64,000 bases of DNA, from IMG/VR virus record IMGVR_UViG_3300046011_008537; one strand, written 5' to 3'. Below the pieces are notes generated by a model that did no database searches, had not been told where the DNA came from, and saw nothing but the letters and a program-made list of their open reading frames with translations. This document shows positions 9,534 through 19,621 of this stretch, piece by piece. The stretch is from a virus. Lineage: Duplodnaviria; Heunggongvirae; Uroviricota; Caudoviricetes. A program made the translations under genes and the position numbers. Every line of letters begins with the position of its first letter. The first letter of the stretch is position 1.

Positions 9534-10073
9534 ATGGCGTTCAATATTGCAGAATTTAGATCAGCAATGATTGGTGATGGTGCTAGACCGAATTTATTTT
9601 CAGTTTCGCTTACATTTCCAACTGTTGCTAGTGCACCTGTTGCATCTAAACAATTAACATTTATGGCTCATGCTACAACATTACCTCCATCAATTATGGG
9701 CGTTGCATCACAATTTTACTTTGGTCGTCAAGTAAAATTTGCTGGCGATAGACAATTTCCAGATTGGAGTATTACAGTTATTAATGACGAAGATTTTAAT
9801 ATTAGAAATGCATTTGAATCTTGGTCAGATAAGTTAAATAGTCATTCACAAAACGTTCGTGCAGCTGGAGCAATCAATTCAACATTGTATTGCGCTGATG
9901 CTGTTGTTACGCAATACAGTAAAACTGGTGCACCAATCAAACAATATAAATTTGTTGGTATGTTCCCTAATACTGTTGATCCAATTGCTCTTGATTGGGG
10001 TTCAAATGATAGAATTGAAGAATTTGGTGTAACATTCTCGTATCAATACTGGGAATCTAAATCAGTAACCTAA
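9534..10073 (+). CDS. 19: tail tube protein gp19
   Basis: Alignable by eye with T4 gp19 (ARPNLF, FAGDRQFPDWSITVINDE, GVTFSYQYWE). Confidence 0.9.
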   Translation: MAFNIAEFRSAMIGDGARPNLFSVSLTFPTVASAPVASKQLTFMAHATTLPPSIMGVASQFYFGRQVKFAGDRQFPDWSITVINDEDFNIRNAFESWSDKLNSHSQNVRAAGAINSTLYCADAVVTQYSKTGAPIKQYKFVGMFPNTVDPIALDWGSNDRIEEFGVTFSYQYWESKSVT

Positions 10074-10115
10074 TATATAAGAATATACTATTAATATTTA
10101 AAAAGGTAATTTATT

Positions 10116-11792
10116 TTGGCTAAATTTTCATTATTCGGTTTTAAAATAGGGAAAGATACACCAGCACAGGAAGTGCTACCTTCTTTTTCAGCTCCAGTAC
10201 TAGATGATGGTGCAGTTACTATAACTGCAGCAGCGCATTATGGTACCACTATTGATTTAGATTCAAATTATAAAAATGATGTAGAGTTAATTACTCGATA
10301 TCGCGAAATGGCTATGCAACCAGAAATTGAAAGTGCTGTTGATGATATTATTAATGAAGCAATTATCAATGAAGATGGAGTTATTGTAAAATTAAAATTA
10401 GATAATTTGAAAGTTGCACCTAAAATAAAGAAAGCTATTGAAGATGAATTTGATAATATCTTGACTCTTTTGAATTTTAAACAATTGGGTCAAGATATCT
10501 TTAGAAGATATTATATTGATGGAAGAATGTATTATAATATTATTCTCGATAAAGCAAATCCAAATGCAGGTATTCAAGAATTAAGATATACAGATCCAAG
10601 AAAAATTACAAAAATTCGCGAAATTAAAAAAGTAAAAGATCAAACTACTGGTTATGATATTGTTGCTGGTTATGTTGAATATTATATCTATTCTGATACT
10701 ATATCAACAAAATCTAACTTAACAAATTCTGGATTAAGAATTGCTCCAGATTCAATGATTTGCGTTACATCAGGTTTATTGGACGCAAAAAGATCAATTA
10801 TATTAAGTAACTTACATAAATGCATTAAACCTCTAAATCAATTAAGAATGATCGAGGATGCTAGCGTAATTTACAAAGTATCAAGAGCTCCAGAAAGACG
10901 TATTTTTTATATTGATGTTGGTAATCTACCTAAAATGAAGGCAGAACAATATCTTAAAGATATTATGACAAAATATAAAAATAAAGTCGTTTATGATGCT
11001 ACAACAGGTGAAATCAGAGATGATAGAAGATTCCTTTCTATGATGGATGATTTCTGGTTACCTAGACGCTCTGATAATAAATCAACAGAAATTACTACAT
11101 TACCATCTTCTGCTGCATTTGATGATATGTCAATGGTAGAATATTTCGAGAAAAAATTATATAAAGCACTTAATGTTCCATTTTCTAGATTAGTTCAACC
11201 CGATAGTGCATTTGATGTTGGTACAAATCAAGTAATTTCTCGTGATGAAATTAAATTTGACAAATTTATCCAAAGATTAAGAAATAAATTTACTGACGTG
11301 TTTGATCAAGCATTAAAAGTTCAATGCCAATTAAAAGGTATTTGCTCTGATGATGAGTTTGATGTATACAAACAAGATTTCGATTATGCATTTGTTAGAG
11401 ATAATAATTATGCTGAAATGAAAGATTCAGAATTATTACAGAATAGATTAAATTTATTGGCAGTTGTTGATCCATATAAAGGCGTTTATTATTCTCAAGA
11501 ATGGATCCAAAAAAATATCCTTAAAATGGATGACGATGAAATCGAACAAATGCAAAAACAAATTGCACAAGAAATTAAAGATCAAGTATATCCGGACCCA
11601 AAATTAATGAATGATCCAATGGCGGGATTAGGCGGAGATCCAGGAGTTCCCGGAGAAGATCCTAATGCTGATCCAGATGGAGATGGTGTACCTAACGATG
11701 AAGATGCAAATGATCAAGATCCATCTGTAGGTAGATCTCCTTCAGGAAATAAAAAATCAAATAAACAAGCGCAGAATCCGTACTATGACTAA
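10116..11792 (+). CDS. 20: portal vertex protein gp20 (TTG start as in ORF track)
   Basis: 558 aa. Matches T4 gp20 segments (DDGA near N-term, conserved central region). Confidence 0.8.
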   Translation: MAKFSLFGFKIGKDTPAQEVLPSFSAPVLDDGAVTITAAAHYGTTIDLDSNYKNDVELITRYREMAMQPEIESAVDDIINEAIINEDGVIVKLKLDNLKVAPKIKKAIEDEFDNILTLLNFKQLGQDIFRRYYIDGRMYYNIILDKANPNAGIQELRYTDPRKITKIREIKKVKDQTTGYDIVAGYVEYYIYSDTISTKSNLTNSGLRIAPDSMICVTSGLLDAKRSIILSNLHKCIKPLNQLRMIEDASVIYKVSRAPERRIFYIDVGNLPKMKAEQYLKDIMTKYKNKVVYDATTGEIRDDRRFLSMMDDFWLPRRSDNKSTEITTLPSSAAFDDMSMVEYFEKKLYKALNVPFSRLVQPDSAFDVGTNQVISRDEIKFDKFIQRLRNKFTDVFDQALKVQCQLKGICSDDEFDVYKQDFDYAFVRDNNYAEMKDSELLQNRLNLLAVVDPYKGVYYSQEWIQKNILKMDDDEIEQMQKQIAQEIKDQVYPDPKLMNDPMAGLGGDPGVPGEDPNADPDGDGVPNDEDANDQDPSVGRSPSGNKKSNKQAQNPYYD

Positions 11793-12186
11793 AACATTAC
11801 ATAAAGATTTACCTCAGGTTCTAATTCTAAAAAGAACTTATGTCCAAAGATTCCCTAACGGGCAACAAGTAGCTTTGTATCACTCGGAGCACTTAAATCA
11901 ATTTATTACTGTTCCTTTGGACGGTTCTAGCTTTTCTAATACAACAGAATCAGTTTTAGAAAAGTTAACACAAATATCAGAGAATGATGATATAGGAGTT
12001 ATTATATTTGACGACCAGTCGGAGTTAAATATAAATAAAGAATGCGCTGATGTAATTTTAAATTTCATCAACAATAATGAAGAATTAGCAGAAGAATTAC
12101 ACGTTTCAGATAAAAGTTTCTTAGAAATTTTGGAACAGGCTGCTCAATTACAATCAACAGATTTATCGGAAGAATCTGGTCAATAA
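11785..12186 (+). CDS. acidic prohead core protein (gp67/gp68-like)
   Basis: 133 aa, acidic, between portal and prohead protease as in T4. Confidence 0.4.
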   Translation: MTKTLHKDLPQVLILKRTYVQRFPNGQQVALYHSEHLNQFITVPLDGSSFSNTTESVLEKLTQISENDDIGVIIFDDQSELNINKECADVILNFINNNEELAEELHVSDKSFLEILEQAAQLQSTDLSEESGQ

Positions 12187-12202
12187 CAGGAGTTAACAAA
12201 CG

Positions 12203-12844
12203 ATGAAATTGTTAAATGAGTTTACCGAAACAGAAGTTCTTGTAGAAGAAGCTAACGGTAAAAAGAATCATACTATTAAAGGTTATTTCATTCATTGTAA
12301 TGAACAAAACAGAAATGGTAGAGTTTATGTAAAAGAGCATATGCTACCTGAAGTAACAAGATATAAAAGAGATTATATTGATACTCGTAGATCTTTAGGT
12401 GAATTGTCTCACCCAGAAGGACCGCAAATTAATCCAGATAAAGTATCTCACCTTATTACCAAATTGGATTTTGATGATCACCGTTGTTATGGTGAAGCTA
12501 AAGTTTTAGATACTCCCAATGGAAATATCGTAAAATCATTTATTGATGCTGGCGTAAATTTTGGCGTATCAACAAGAGGATTGGGTTCTATCAAAGAATC
12601 TAATGGAATTAAATACGTCCAACCAGATTTTCGTTTAGTAACAGTTGATATTGTATTAGATCCATCAGGTAAAGATTGCTATGTTGAAGGTTTAATGGAA
12701 GGAAAGGAATGGATGTTTATTGAAGGTAAAGGTTGGGTTGAACAATATCTTGAAGAATCAAGAGATACTTTAAGAAAACTTACAGCTAAAGAAGTTGAAC
12801 CGATGGCTCTTAAAATCTTCGAAAACTTTTTAAGAAAACTCTAA
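12203..12844 (+). CDS. 21: prohead core protease gp21
   Basis: 213 aa. T4 gp21-like size and position. Motifs SHPEGP, GVSTRGLGS. Confidence 0.8.
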   Translation: MKLLNEFTETEVLVEEANGKKNHTIKGYFIHCNEQNRNGRVYVKEHMLPEVTRYKRDYIDTRRSLGELSHPEGPQINPDKVSHLITKLDFDDHRCYGEAKVLDTPNGNIVKSFIDAGVNFGVSTRGLGSIKESNGIKYVQPDFRLVTVDIVLDPSGKDCYVEGLMEGKEWMFIEGKGWVEQYLEESRDTLRKLTAKEVEPMALKIFENFLRKL

Positions 12845-12860
12845 TACAAAATTTAATTTA

Positions 12861-12868
12861 TATAAATA
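12861..12868 (+). promoter_or_regulatory. late promoter TATAAATA upstream of gene 22
   Basis: Exact TATAAATA. RBS TAGGAG. Confidence 0.5.
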
Positions 12869-12896
12869 ATTATTATAAAAATCTAATAGGAGATAT

Positions 12897-13979
12897 TTGA
12901 TGTCACAAGATAAAAATTTAAATCTTTCTGAAGCTGCAATGGATATTCTAAACAGCAACAGAAAAGACAAAGGCGCTAAACAAGATAAATTTGGCGAAGG
13001 CGAAAAATTACATGATACAGTTAATAAAACAACAGGTCATGATGTAGGAAATGCTGATTGGGAAAAATTGAGTGTTGAAGCTCCATCTGCAACTCCTCCA
13101 GGTCAAACACCACCTGTTGGCGCTGAACCAATGAAAAAATTAGCTCCACAACCAGCTGAAGCTTCTTCTAAAGTTGATACAAAAGTAAATCTTCATCCTA
13201 AAAAAGGTGTTAATGAAGAAGGCGAACCAGACGAAGATGAAGAAGAAGTAAACGAAGATATCGCAGCATTAATGGCTGGCGAAAACTTATCAGAAAGTTT
13301 TAAACGTAAAGCATCTGCTATTTTTGAAGCTGCTGTTAAATCTAAAGTTGGTGAATTAGCTGAAGAATTAGAAGCGCATTATGTTGCGCAATTTGAAGAA
13401 GCTTATGAAGATATGAAAGAAGATTTCACTGATAAAGTTGACGAATATTTAGATTACGTTACTGAATCGTGGATGGAAGAAAATAAATTAGCAGTTGAAT
13501 CAGGCTTAAGAACTGAAATTGCAGAAGGCTTTATTGAGTCTTTGAAAACCGTATTCGAAGAACACTATATCGATATTCCTGAAGAAAAATTCGATGTAGT
13601 AGAAGAATTAGCTTCTAAAGTAGAGGCATTAGAAAAACAAGTTAATGAAGAAATGAATAAAAACATTAACTTGAAACAAAAATTGTCAGAACAAAAGAAA
13701 GTTGAAGCTCTTCACGCAGTATGTGAAGGATTAACATTATCTCAAGCTGAAAAAATTAAAACTATCGCAGAGAGCGTAGAATTTGTAAGCGAAAATGATT
13801 TTGTTACACAAATGGAAGATATTAAAGAATCTTATTTCTCAGCATCTACCGTTAAACCAGCTTCTATCGAATCTTTAAATGACGTTATTGACTTAAATGA
13901 AGAAGTAAAACCAGCAAAAAGAGTTGATCCAACAATTGCTGCTTATGCTTCACGTATTTCACAAACAATTTTAAAATAA
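12897..13979 (+). CDS. 22: prohead scaffold protein gp22
   Basis: 360 aa, highly acidic coiled-coil, immediately upstream of the major capsid gene. Confidence 0.6.
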   Translation: MMSQDKNLNLSEAAMDILNSNRKDKGAKQDKFGEGEKLHDTVNKTTGHDVGNADWEKLSVEAPSATPPGQTPPVGAEPMKKLAPQPAEASSKVDTKVNLHPKKGVNEEGEPDEDEEEVNEDIAALMAGENLSESFKRKASAIFEAAVKSKVGELAEELEAHYVAQFEEAYEDMKEDFTDKVDEYLDYVTESWMEENKLAVESGLRTEIAEGFIESLKTVFEEHYIDIPEEKFDVVEELASKVEALEKQVNEEMNKNINLKQKLSEQKKVEALHAVCEGLTLSQAEKIKTIAESVEFVSENDFVTQMEDIKESYFSASTVKPASIESLNDVIDLNEEVKPAKRVDPTIAAYASRISQTILK

Positions 13980-14006
13980 AAATAAAAATTTAAGGAGTTT
14001 ATCTAA

Positions 14007-15341
14007 ATGGCTTTATTAAACGAAGAATTGCAAAATAAATGGAGTCCAGTTCTGGATCATCCAGAATTAGCAAAAATTACTGATCCATACAAAAAAGCAG
14101 TTACTGCAATTGTATTGGAAAATCAACAAGCAGCGATGGATTCAGATCGCGAAACATTGATGGAAGGAACACCAACTAATACAACTGGTGGTATTTCTAA
14201 CTTCGATCCAATTTTAATCAGTTTAGTACGTCGTGCTTTACCTAACTTGATTGCATATGACGTAGCTGGCGTTCAACCAATGACTGGTCCTACTGGATTA
14301 ATCTTTGCTTTACGCTCACGTTATGGCGCTCAAGGTAACGGTACATTCCCTAACGGTGGCGGTAACGAAGCATTCTATAACGAAGCTAATACTATTTTCT
14401 CTGGTATTATCGGCACAGGTGGTTCAACTACTACAGGTACAGCAAATTCAGCTGTAGGTTCTACAGGTCCATTAGCTAATTCAGCTTTTGATACTGGACA
14501 AGCAATGACAACTGCTATGGGTGAAGTATTAGGCGATGGTGCTGGTACTGTATTCGGCGAAATGTCAATTTCAATCGAAAAAGTTACTGTTTCTGCTAGA
14601 ACTCGTGCATTGAAAGCTGAATACAGCTTAGAAATGGCTCAAGATTTGAAAGCAATTCATGGTTTGGATGCTGAAACTGAATTATCAAACGTTTTATCTA
14701 CAGAAATTCTTGCTGAGATGAACCGCGAAGTAATTCGTACAATCTATACAGTAGCTAAAGCTGGTGCTCAATTCGGTACAGTTACTCCAGGCGTATTCGA
14801 CTTAGATACAGACTCAAATGGTCGTTGGTCAGTTGAAAGATTTAAAGGTTTGATTTATCATATCGAAAGAGAAGCTAATCAAATCGCTAAAACAACTCGT
14901 AGAGGAAAAGGTAACATCTTAATCGTTTCTTCTGACGTTGCTTCTGCTCTAGCAATGGCTGGCGTATTGCAATATACTCCTGCGCTATCAGCTGATTTAC
15001 AAGTTGATGATACTGGTAATACATATGCTGGTTTGTTACATGGTCGTATCAAAGTTTATATTGATCCTTACTTCGGTGGTTCATACCAAAACGTTGAATT
15101 ATGTACAGTTGGTTATAAAGGTACAAGTCCTTATGACTCTGGTTTATTCTACTGCCCATACGTTCCTTTACAAATGGTTCGTGCAGTTGATCCAGGTACT
15201 TTCCAACCAAAAATCGGCTTTAAAACTCGTTACGGTTTAGTAGCAAATCCATTCGCTGAAGGTACAACCCAAGGTCAAGGTTTGATTACTCCACGTAGCA
15301 ACAACTATTACAGAATCTTTGCTGTGAAAAACTTAATGTAA
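14007..15341 (+). CDS. 23: major capsid protein gp23
   Basis: 444 aa. Position; RBS AAGGAG. Strongly biased codon use typical of a highly expressed gene. Confidence 0.85.
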   Translation: MALLNEELQNKWSPVLDHPELAKITDPYKKAVTAIVLENQQAAMDSDRETLMEGTPTNTTGGISNFDPILISLVRRALPNLIAYDVAGVQPMTGPTGLIFALRSRYGAQGNGTFPNGGGNEAFYNEANTIFSGIIGTGGSTTTGTANSAVGSTGPLANSAFDTGQAMTTAMGEVLGDGAGTVFGEMSISIEKVTVSARTRALKAEYSLEMAQDLKAIHGLDAETELSNVLSTEILAEMNREVIRTIYTVAKAGAQFGTVTPGVFDLDTDSNGRWSVERFKGLIYHIEREANQIAKTTRRGKGNILIVSSDVASALAMAGVLQYTPALSADLQVDDTGNTYAGLLHGRIKVYIDPYFGGSYQNVELCTVGYKGTSPYDSGLFYCPYVPLQMVRAVDPGTFQPKIGFKTRYGLVANPFAEGTTQGQGLITPRSNNYYRIFAVKNLM

Positions 15342-15346
15342 TTTAG

Positions 15347-15393
15347 TTTTGTTTCATGGATGAAACAAAAAAGGGAGCTTCGGCTCCCTTTTT
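15347..15393. terminator. tandem hairpins (TTTTGTTTCA-TGGA-TGAAACAAAA, then GGGAGC-TTCG-GCTCCC + T5). Bidirectional intrinsic terminator between gene 23 (+) and the convergent minus-strand gene.
   Basis: Perfect inverted repeats. U-tracts on both strands. Confidence 0.7.
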
Positions 15394-15405
15394 CTATTTG
15401 GGAGT

Positions 15406-16215
15406 TTAGAAAAAACTATCTAAATCAAAAGACGTGGATCTTTGATATTTACCTCCACTGGTATCTCGTAAACGTAATTCAGCATGACCTGTAGTTTCAC
15501 GAACATATTTTGTACATAAATCAGGAAATCTACGAACCAAATCATCAGCACTTTTATCAATACGCTCAAGAGTTCGTTCAACTTGCATTCCTCCATCTTC
15601 AGTATAATATTTTGATATAACAGTAATATTATCTAATCGCGAAACTGACCCATCAAGAACGTAATGTTGAAGAGTTCGCTCAAAATCTTCTTTATCACAT
15701 AATTGAACCATACGATCTTGATGTTTATCGTTAATGCAGCCCCACAGCGACCCAATGCAGTAATATAAACCAGTCTTAGGGGTATAACTCATAAAAAACG
15801 CATTCGACGCTGCATAGACTCCACAGAGCATATTTTCGTTCTCCCGCATGATATTATACATCGGTTCAAATACTTCTTTATGGATATCTTCAATTGGCTC
15901 CATTTTCTTTTCATCAGCAGGAGCTTTGCGCATAATACTCGATAAATCATCATCAAAGTTTACAACAAATTCCCCCTCATCATAATAATTTCTAATGAAG
16001 TTTCTAATCGGTCCCATACCAACAACGCCTACAACAATATTTTTGTTATAAATGTTATCTTTTAATGATGTTTCGTATGCAGTCTTTTCGACATCATTAG
16101 CAACAAAGATTGTTACTGTACTTGGATCTACATTATATTTCTCCAATACACTTAAAGTTTTATCTCTAAGCGTATCAGATCGTTTATACGAAGGAATTGC
16201 AATATTCAATTTCAT
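15406..16215 (-). CDS. putative GT-A fold glycosyltransferase
   Basis: N-terminal IAIPSYKR (GT2-like) and DxD motif NFDDDL. 269 aa. One of only two substantial minus-strand genes in the window. Confidence 0.4.
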   Translation of the reverse strand: MKLNIAIPSYKRSDTLRDKTLSVLEKYNVDPSTVTIFVANDVEKTAYETSLKDNIYNKNIVVGVVGMGPIRNFIRNYYDEGEFVVNFDDDLSSIMRKAPADEKKMEPIEDIHKEVFEPMYNIMRENENMLCGVYAASNAFFMSYTPKTGLYYCIGSLWGCINDKHQDRMVQLCDKEDFERTLQHYVLDGSVSRLDNITVISKYYTEDGGMQVERTLERIDKSADDLVRRFPDLCTKYVRETTGHAELRLRDTSGGKYQRSTSFDLDSFF

Positions 16216-16239
16216 AATCTACCCTTTAATTTTAACTAA

Positions 16240-16275
16240 AAATAATATAAATATATTATACTATATTATTTTGAT
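16240..16275 (-). promoter_or_regulatory. candidate sigma70-like promoter on minus strand (TTTACA-17-TATAAT) for the GT-A gene
   Basis: Reverse complement of 16240-16275 reads cTTTACAatatcaaaataatatagTATAATa. Confidence 0.35.
16246..16253 (+). promoter_or_regulatory. TATAAATA late-promoter box on + strand about 100 nt upstream of the GIY-YIG gene
   Basis: Exact TATAAATA. Confidence 0.3.
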
Positions 16276-16360
16276 ATTGTAAAGCAAAAAAAATGCTTAT
16301 CACGATCCTGGCAGATCTATAAGCTCTAAACATTCGTTTTAACATTCATAGAGAATATCA

Positions 16361-17083
16361 ATGCCCAGCAAAAATATTTATACAAATAAAAATAAATTTA
16401 CCTTAAACTATTATGTTTATGCATACATAAGAACAATCGATTCAATAACAGCAAAAAGCGGCACGCCATATTATATAGGAAAAGGTATAAAAAATAGAGC
16501 ATTTAAAAAACACGGAAAAGTTCCTGTTCCTAAAGACAAAAATTATATAGTTTTTGTTGAAACTAATTTAACAGAAATCGGTGCATTAGCTATAGAACGA
16601 AAATTAATTAAATGGTATGGAAGAAAAGATTTAGGAACAGGAATTCTATTAAATAGAACTGATGGCGGAGACGGGATATCAAATCCATCAATATGTATTC
16701 GTAAAAAAATATCTATAGGGCAAAAAAATAGAATAATATCTGACAGCGAAAAACAAAATACAGCAAAAAGAATGATCGGTAATACATATGGAACTGGGAA
16801 AAATTTAAAAAACACTAATGCAGCAGGAAAAAGGTCAAAACAAGCTATAGAAAATTCAGCTTTAGCGCATAGAAAAATTTATAATATAATTTCTCCTAAT
16901 GGAAAGAATTATTTTATTTTAGGGTTAAAACAAATATGTAAGAAATTAAATTTAAATTATAGTGGTATGTTAAATGTATCAAGAGGAATAAAATTACACC
17001 AAAATGGATGGAAATGTATTAAGGTTGGGAAGATACAAGATTTCCCCAACCTTAATTTAACTTCTCTAGAAGAAATCTTCTAA
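16361..17083 (+). CDS. GIY-YIG homing endonuclease (seg-like)
   Basis: GIY-YIG motif YVYAYIR...PYYIGKG; basic C-terminal DNA-binding region. Confidence 0.7.
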   Translation: MPSKNIYTNKNKFTLNYYVYAYIRTIDSITAKSGTPYYIGKGIKNRAFKKHGKVPVPKDKNYIVFVETNLTEIGALAIERKLIKWYGRKDLGTGILLNRTDGGDGISNPSICIRKKISIGQKNRIISDSEKQNTAKRMIGNTYGTGKNLKNTNAAGKRSKQAIENSALAHRKIYNIISPNGKNYFILGLKQICKKLNLNYSGMLNVSRGIKLHQNGWKCIKVGKIQDFPNLNLTSLEEIF

Positions 17084-18484
17084 TCCATTACATTCGTTTG
17101 CAGATTTTAACCAAGGGTGACGTTCAATTAACCATTTTTCTCCAACGTCGCCTTTTGCTTTTAAGAAATCATACCATTCTTTTGCTGCAGAATAATTATA
17201 GTTTTTATCTGGAGTATCAGCCCACATTCCTGGAGTAATACCATTCCAACGATATCTTTGGTTTGGATGATTTGGGTTTAATCTGCGACTATCAATAAAT
17301 TCTCTTCTTGCATCTTCATAATCATAAGACCCAAGTTCTAACATTTTTTCATGAAAAAAGGCTATAATAGAAATTCTTTCTGAATTTGGATTATTCTTTA
17401 TCATTTCAGTATTGCCATGCAAACCTGCTTGATTATTTACTAATAATAAATCAGTAGGTCTAATATCAACTGCATACCCAATTTCAGGAAATACCAAATA
17501 ACACCCAGAATAGTCATCATTATTGCTAATTACACAAAGATTAGCAAACCCGTTTTCCATATTAGCAGGATCGTAATGACCCGCTGTTCTAAAGTCTCTA
17601 TTTACTGTAATTGTCGTAAATGGAGTATCCGGTACAACAAATCTTTGATCGATCGATTCTGCAGCACGTTTTTGATTACCATAACGCCATGGCAGCATAT
17701 CTTTAAAACCTTTAGCTAAAGATTGTAAGAATGGATAAGACTTAGAAAACTTTTCTAGATTATCTCTTGTATAGGTAGTTGGTCTACCAAAAGGAATTCT
17801 AGGATATCTATCATACCAACCAGCAATACCAGAATTTACGACATTAGCATAAGTCGTTTTACTAATCAATTTATCTAATACTCGTTGAGCTTCAGCTTTT
17901 GCTTCATCAATAGTTAATGCGCATAATTTATCGATAAAGTCATTAAATACAAATTTCTCAGCTCTAATTTGCTCAGTCAACCAGACGACACCACGACTAT
18001 CATCAGATTTAAGATTTTTATACTTAGCTCGTATTAAATCAACATCTGCCTTTGGCGTATATCCGCCAAATACTGAAGTCGAATTTTTATGTGCAAAGAA
18101 TTCTAATAAATCAAATTGTTCATCAGTAACCCATTCTCTTCCTGCGCATGTAGCAGTTCTTGGACCACCAGCCATACCACGATTTTGCGTTTCAACAGCT
18201 GCATCTCGTAAACCAGCATAAGCGGCATCAGCTTCTTCTTTAGTAAAAAAGTTTTTACGAAATTTAAATACGATATTTTTTTCAGATAATCCTTTTGAAC
18301 AACCAGAACAATTCATATCATTATCGCAATTTTCTTCGGCAGTAAAATCTGCGCAATCTGGAGGAAGATATACATCTAAATCTTCTTCAACTAATATCTT
18401 ATAATGGCTTTCATCAAGCCATTTACCAACCAAATCGGGTCTTGGAGTTACCTCTTCTGGTTTTAAAACTACAACTTTTACCAT
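17066..18484 (-). CDS. large 2OG-Fe(II) dioxygenase (472 aa) with N-terminal Cys-rich region; candidate nucleic-acid base hydroxylase
   Basis: Facial triad HYD (HxD)...LHGNTE (His)...RIS (RxS) in a DSBH-like spacing. N-terminal CxxC cluster [19 protein letters not shown]. Convergent with the GIY-YIG gene. Confidence 0.55.
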   Translation of the reverse strand: MVKVVVLKPEEVTPRPDLVGKWLDESHYKILVEEDLDVYLPPDCADFTAEENCDNDMNCSGCSKGLSEKNIVFKFRKNFFTKEEADAAYAGLRDAAVETQNRGMAGGPRTATCAGREWVTDEQFDLLEFFAHKNSTSVFGGYTPKADVDLIRAKYKNLKSDDSRGVVWLTEQIRAEKFVFNDFIDKLCALTIDEAKAEAQRVLDKLISKTTYANVVNSGIAGWYDRYPRIPFGRPTTYTRDNLEKFSKSYPFLQSLAKGFKDMLPWRYGNQKRAAESIDQRFVVPDTPFTTITVNRDFRTAGHYDPANMENGFANLCVISNNDDYSGCYLVFPEIGYAVDIRPTDLLLVNNQAGLHGNTEMIKNNPNSERISIIAFFHEKMLELGSYDYEDARREFIDSRRLNPNHPNQRYRWNGITPGMWADTPDKNYNYSAAKEWYDFLKAKGDVGEKWLIERHPWLKSANECNGLEDFF

Positions 18485-18494
18485 CTATATCTCC

Positions 18495-18530
18495 TATTGT
18501 AAGATTCAAGTATATTGTACTACATAACTT
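18495..18530 (-). promoter_or_regulatory. candidate early promoter on minus strand (TTTACT-17-TACAAT preceded by A-tract) for the dioxygenase gene
   Basis: Reverse complement reads aaaaaaagcTTTACTttttttaagttatgtagTACAAT. Confidence 0.3.
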
Positions 18531-18564
18531 AAAAAAAGTAAAGCTTTTTTTGTATTTAGAATTT

Positions 18565-18572
18565 TATAAATA
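18565..18572 (+). promoter_or_regulatory. late promoter TATAAATA upstream of the gp19 paralog
   Basis: Exact TATAAATA 28 nt upstream of the ATG at 18600. Confidence 0.5.
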
Positions 18573-18599
18573 CAAGTAAATAAATTATAAGGATTTTTT

Positions 18600-19139
18600 A
18601 TGGCTTTCGAAGATACAAACGTCTGTAATACCGATTTATTACAGTCATCGAAGTTTACTTTTATAATTCCAAGATTAACAGAGGTTCAGTTTTTCTGTCA
18701 AGCTGTTAATATTCCTGGAGTAAACACGCAAAGTACAGTTCAGTTATCTCCATTTAGGGATATGGGTGTTCCAGGCGATAAAATGGAATACGAAGATCTT
18801 AATGTAGAATTTCTTGTTGATGAAGAATTGCGCTCTTGGGCGTCAATTTATTATTGGATTAAAGGTTATACGCAAGCCGAAACTTGGGATGATTATAAAA
18901 ATTTAGATAAATTATCAAAATATAGTCAATACGAATATTTAAATACTCCACAATATGCAGATGCATTATTAACAACATTATCTGCAGCTGACGATAAACC
19001 AAAAGTACAAATACATTTTATTGATTTGTTTCCTGTATATGTTTCTGCTATACCTTTAGATGTTAGGATTAGTTCTGAAAAAATTATTACTGCTACAGCA
19101 ACATTTAGATTTAAAAGGTATGAAATAGCATTAGTTTAA
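18600..19139 (+). CDS. tail tube family paralog (gp19-like fold; possibly tail-tube terminator gp3-like or baseplate tube protein)
   Basis: 179 aa. N-terminal pattern FTFIIPRL...CQAVNIPGV and C-terminal ATFRFKRYE mirror gp19 (LTFMAHATTLPPSI...GVTFSYQYWE). Own late promoter. Confidence 0.45.
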   Translation: MAFEDTNVCNTDLLQSSKFTFIIPRLTEVQFFCQAVNIPGVNTQSTVQLSPFRDMGVPGDKMEYEDLNVEFLVDEELRSWASIYYWIKGYTQAETWDDYKNLDKLSKYSQYEYLNTPQYADALLTTLSAADDKPKVQIHFIDLFPVYVSAIPLDVRISSEKIITATATFRFKRYEIALV

Positions 19140-19179
19140 TCGCCTATATATTTTTGTAATGTTTATTTGAGAATTTAAA

Positions 19180-19620
19180 ATGATAAAACTTGACGCAATT
19201 ATAGAATATTGGAAAACAGATAGTCAAATCGACGAATCTAAACCTCATCAAGAATTAGTAAATACTCCTCTTTTGCACGCGAAATATGTCGAGATTCTTT
19301 CTCAGCATAGACTCGCTGCACAGAAAGCAAAATTCGACCATGCAAAGATGAAGAAAATTCGTAGGGAGTATTACCTAGGAAATCTTGCAAAGGAAACCTT
19401 GGACGAGTATGGATGGGATCAGTTCGACTTAAAGATTGGCACTAAAGGTAACATTGACACTTATCTTGAAGCTGACGATTTTTTAATAAAAATTCTTGAA
19501 AAAAAAGCATACTATGAAGAATGTATATACGTTTGTGAAGCTATCCTTAAAGAAATTAATAATAGAACTTGGCAACTCAGGGAATATATGACTTATGCCA
19601 GATTCCTAGCAGGAAATTAA
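19180..19620 (+). CDS. uvsY: recombination mediator UvsY
   Basis: 146 aa. Pattern matches T4 UvsY (LHAKYVEIL, YYLGN, C-terminal W..R..M..A..L). Confidence 0.7.
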   Translation: MIKLDAIIEYWKTDSQIDESKPHQELVNTPLLHAKYVEILSQHRLAAQKAKFDHAKMKKIRREYYLGNLAKETLDEYGWDQFDLKIGTKGNIDTYLEADDFLIKILEKKAYYEECIYVCEAILKEINNRTWQLREYMTYARFLAGN

Positions 19621-19621
19621 A

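Noticed and set aside
15004-15240. 78-aa + strand ORF inside gene 23
   Set aside because: It is embedded out of frame in the major capsid gene, hydrophobic and low complexity, with no RBS.
16052-16282. 76-aa + strand ORF overlapping the start of the minus-strand GT gene and its promoter region
   Set aside because: AT-rich Ile/Leu/Tyr-rich translation typical of spurious ORFs in AT-rich DNA. No RBS.
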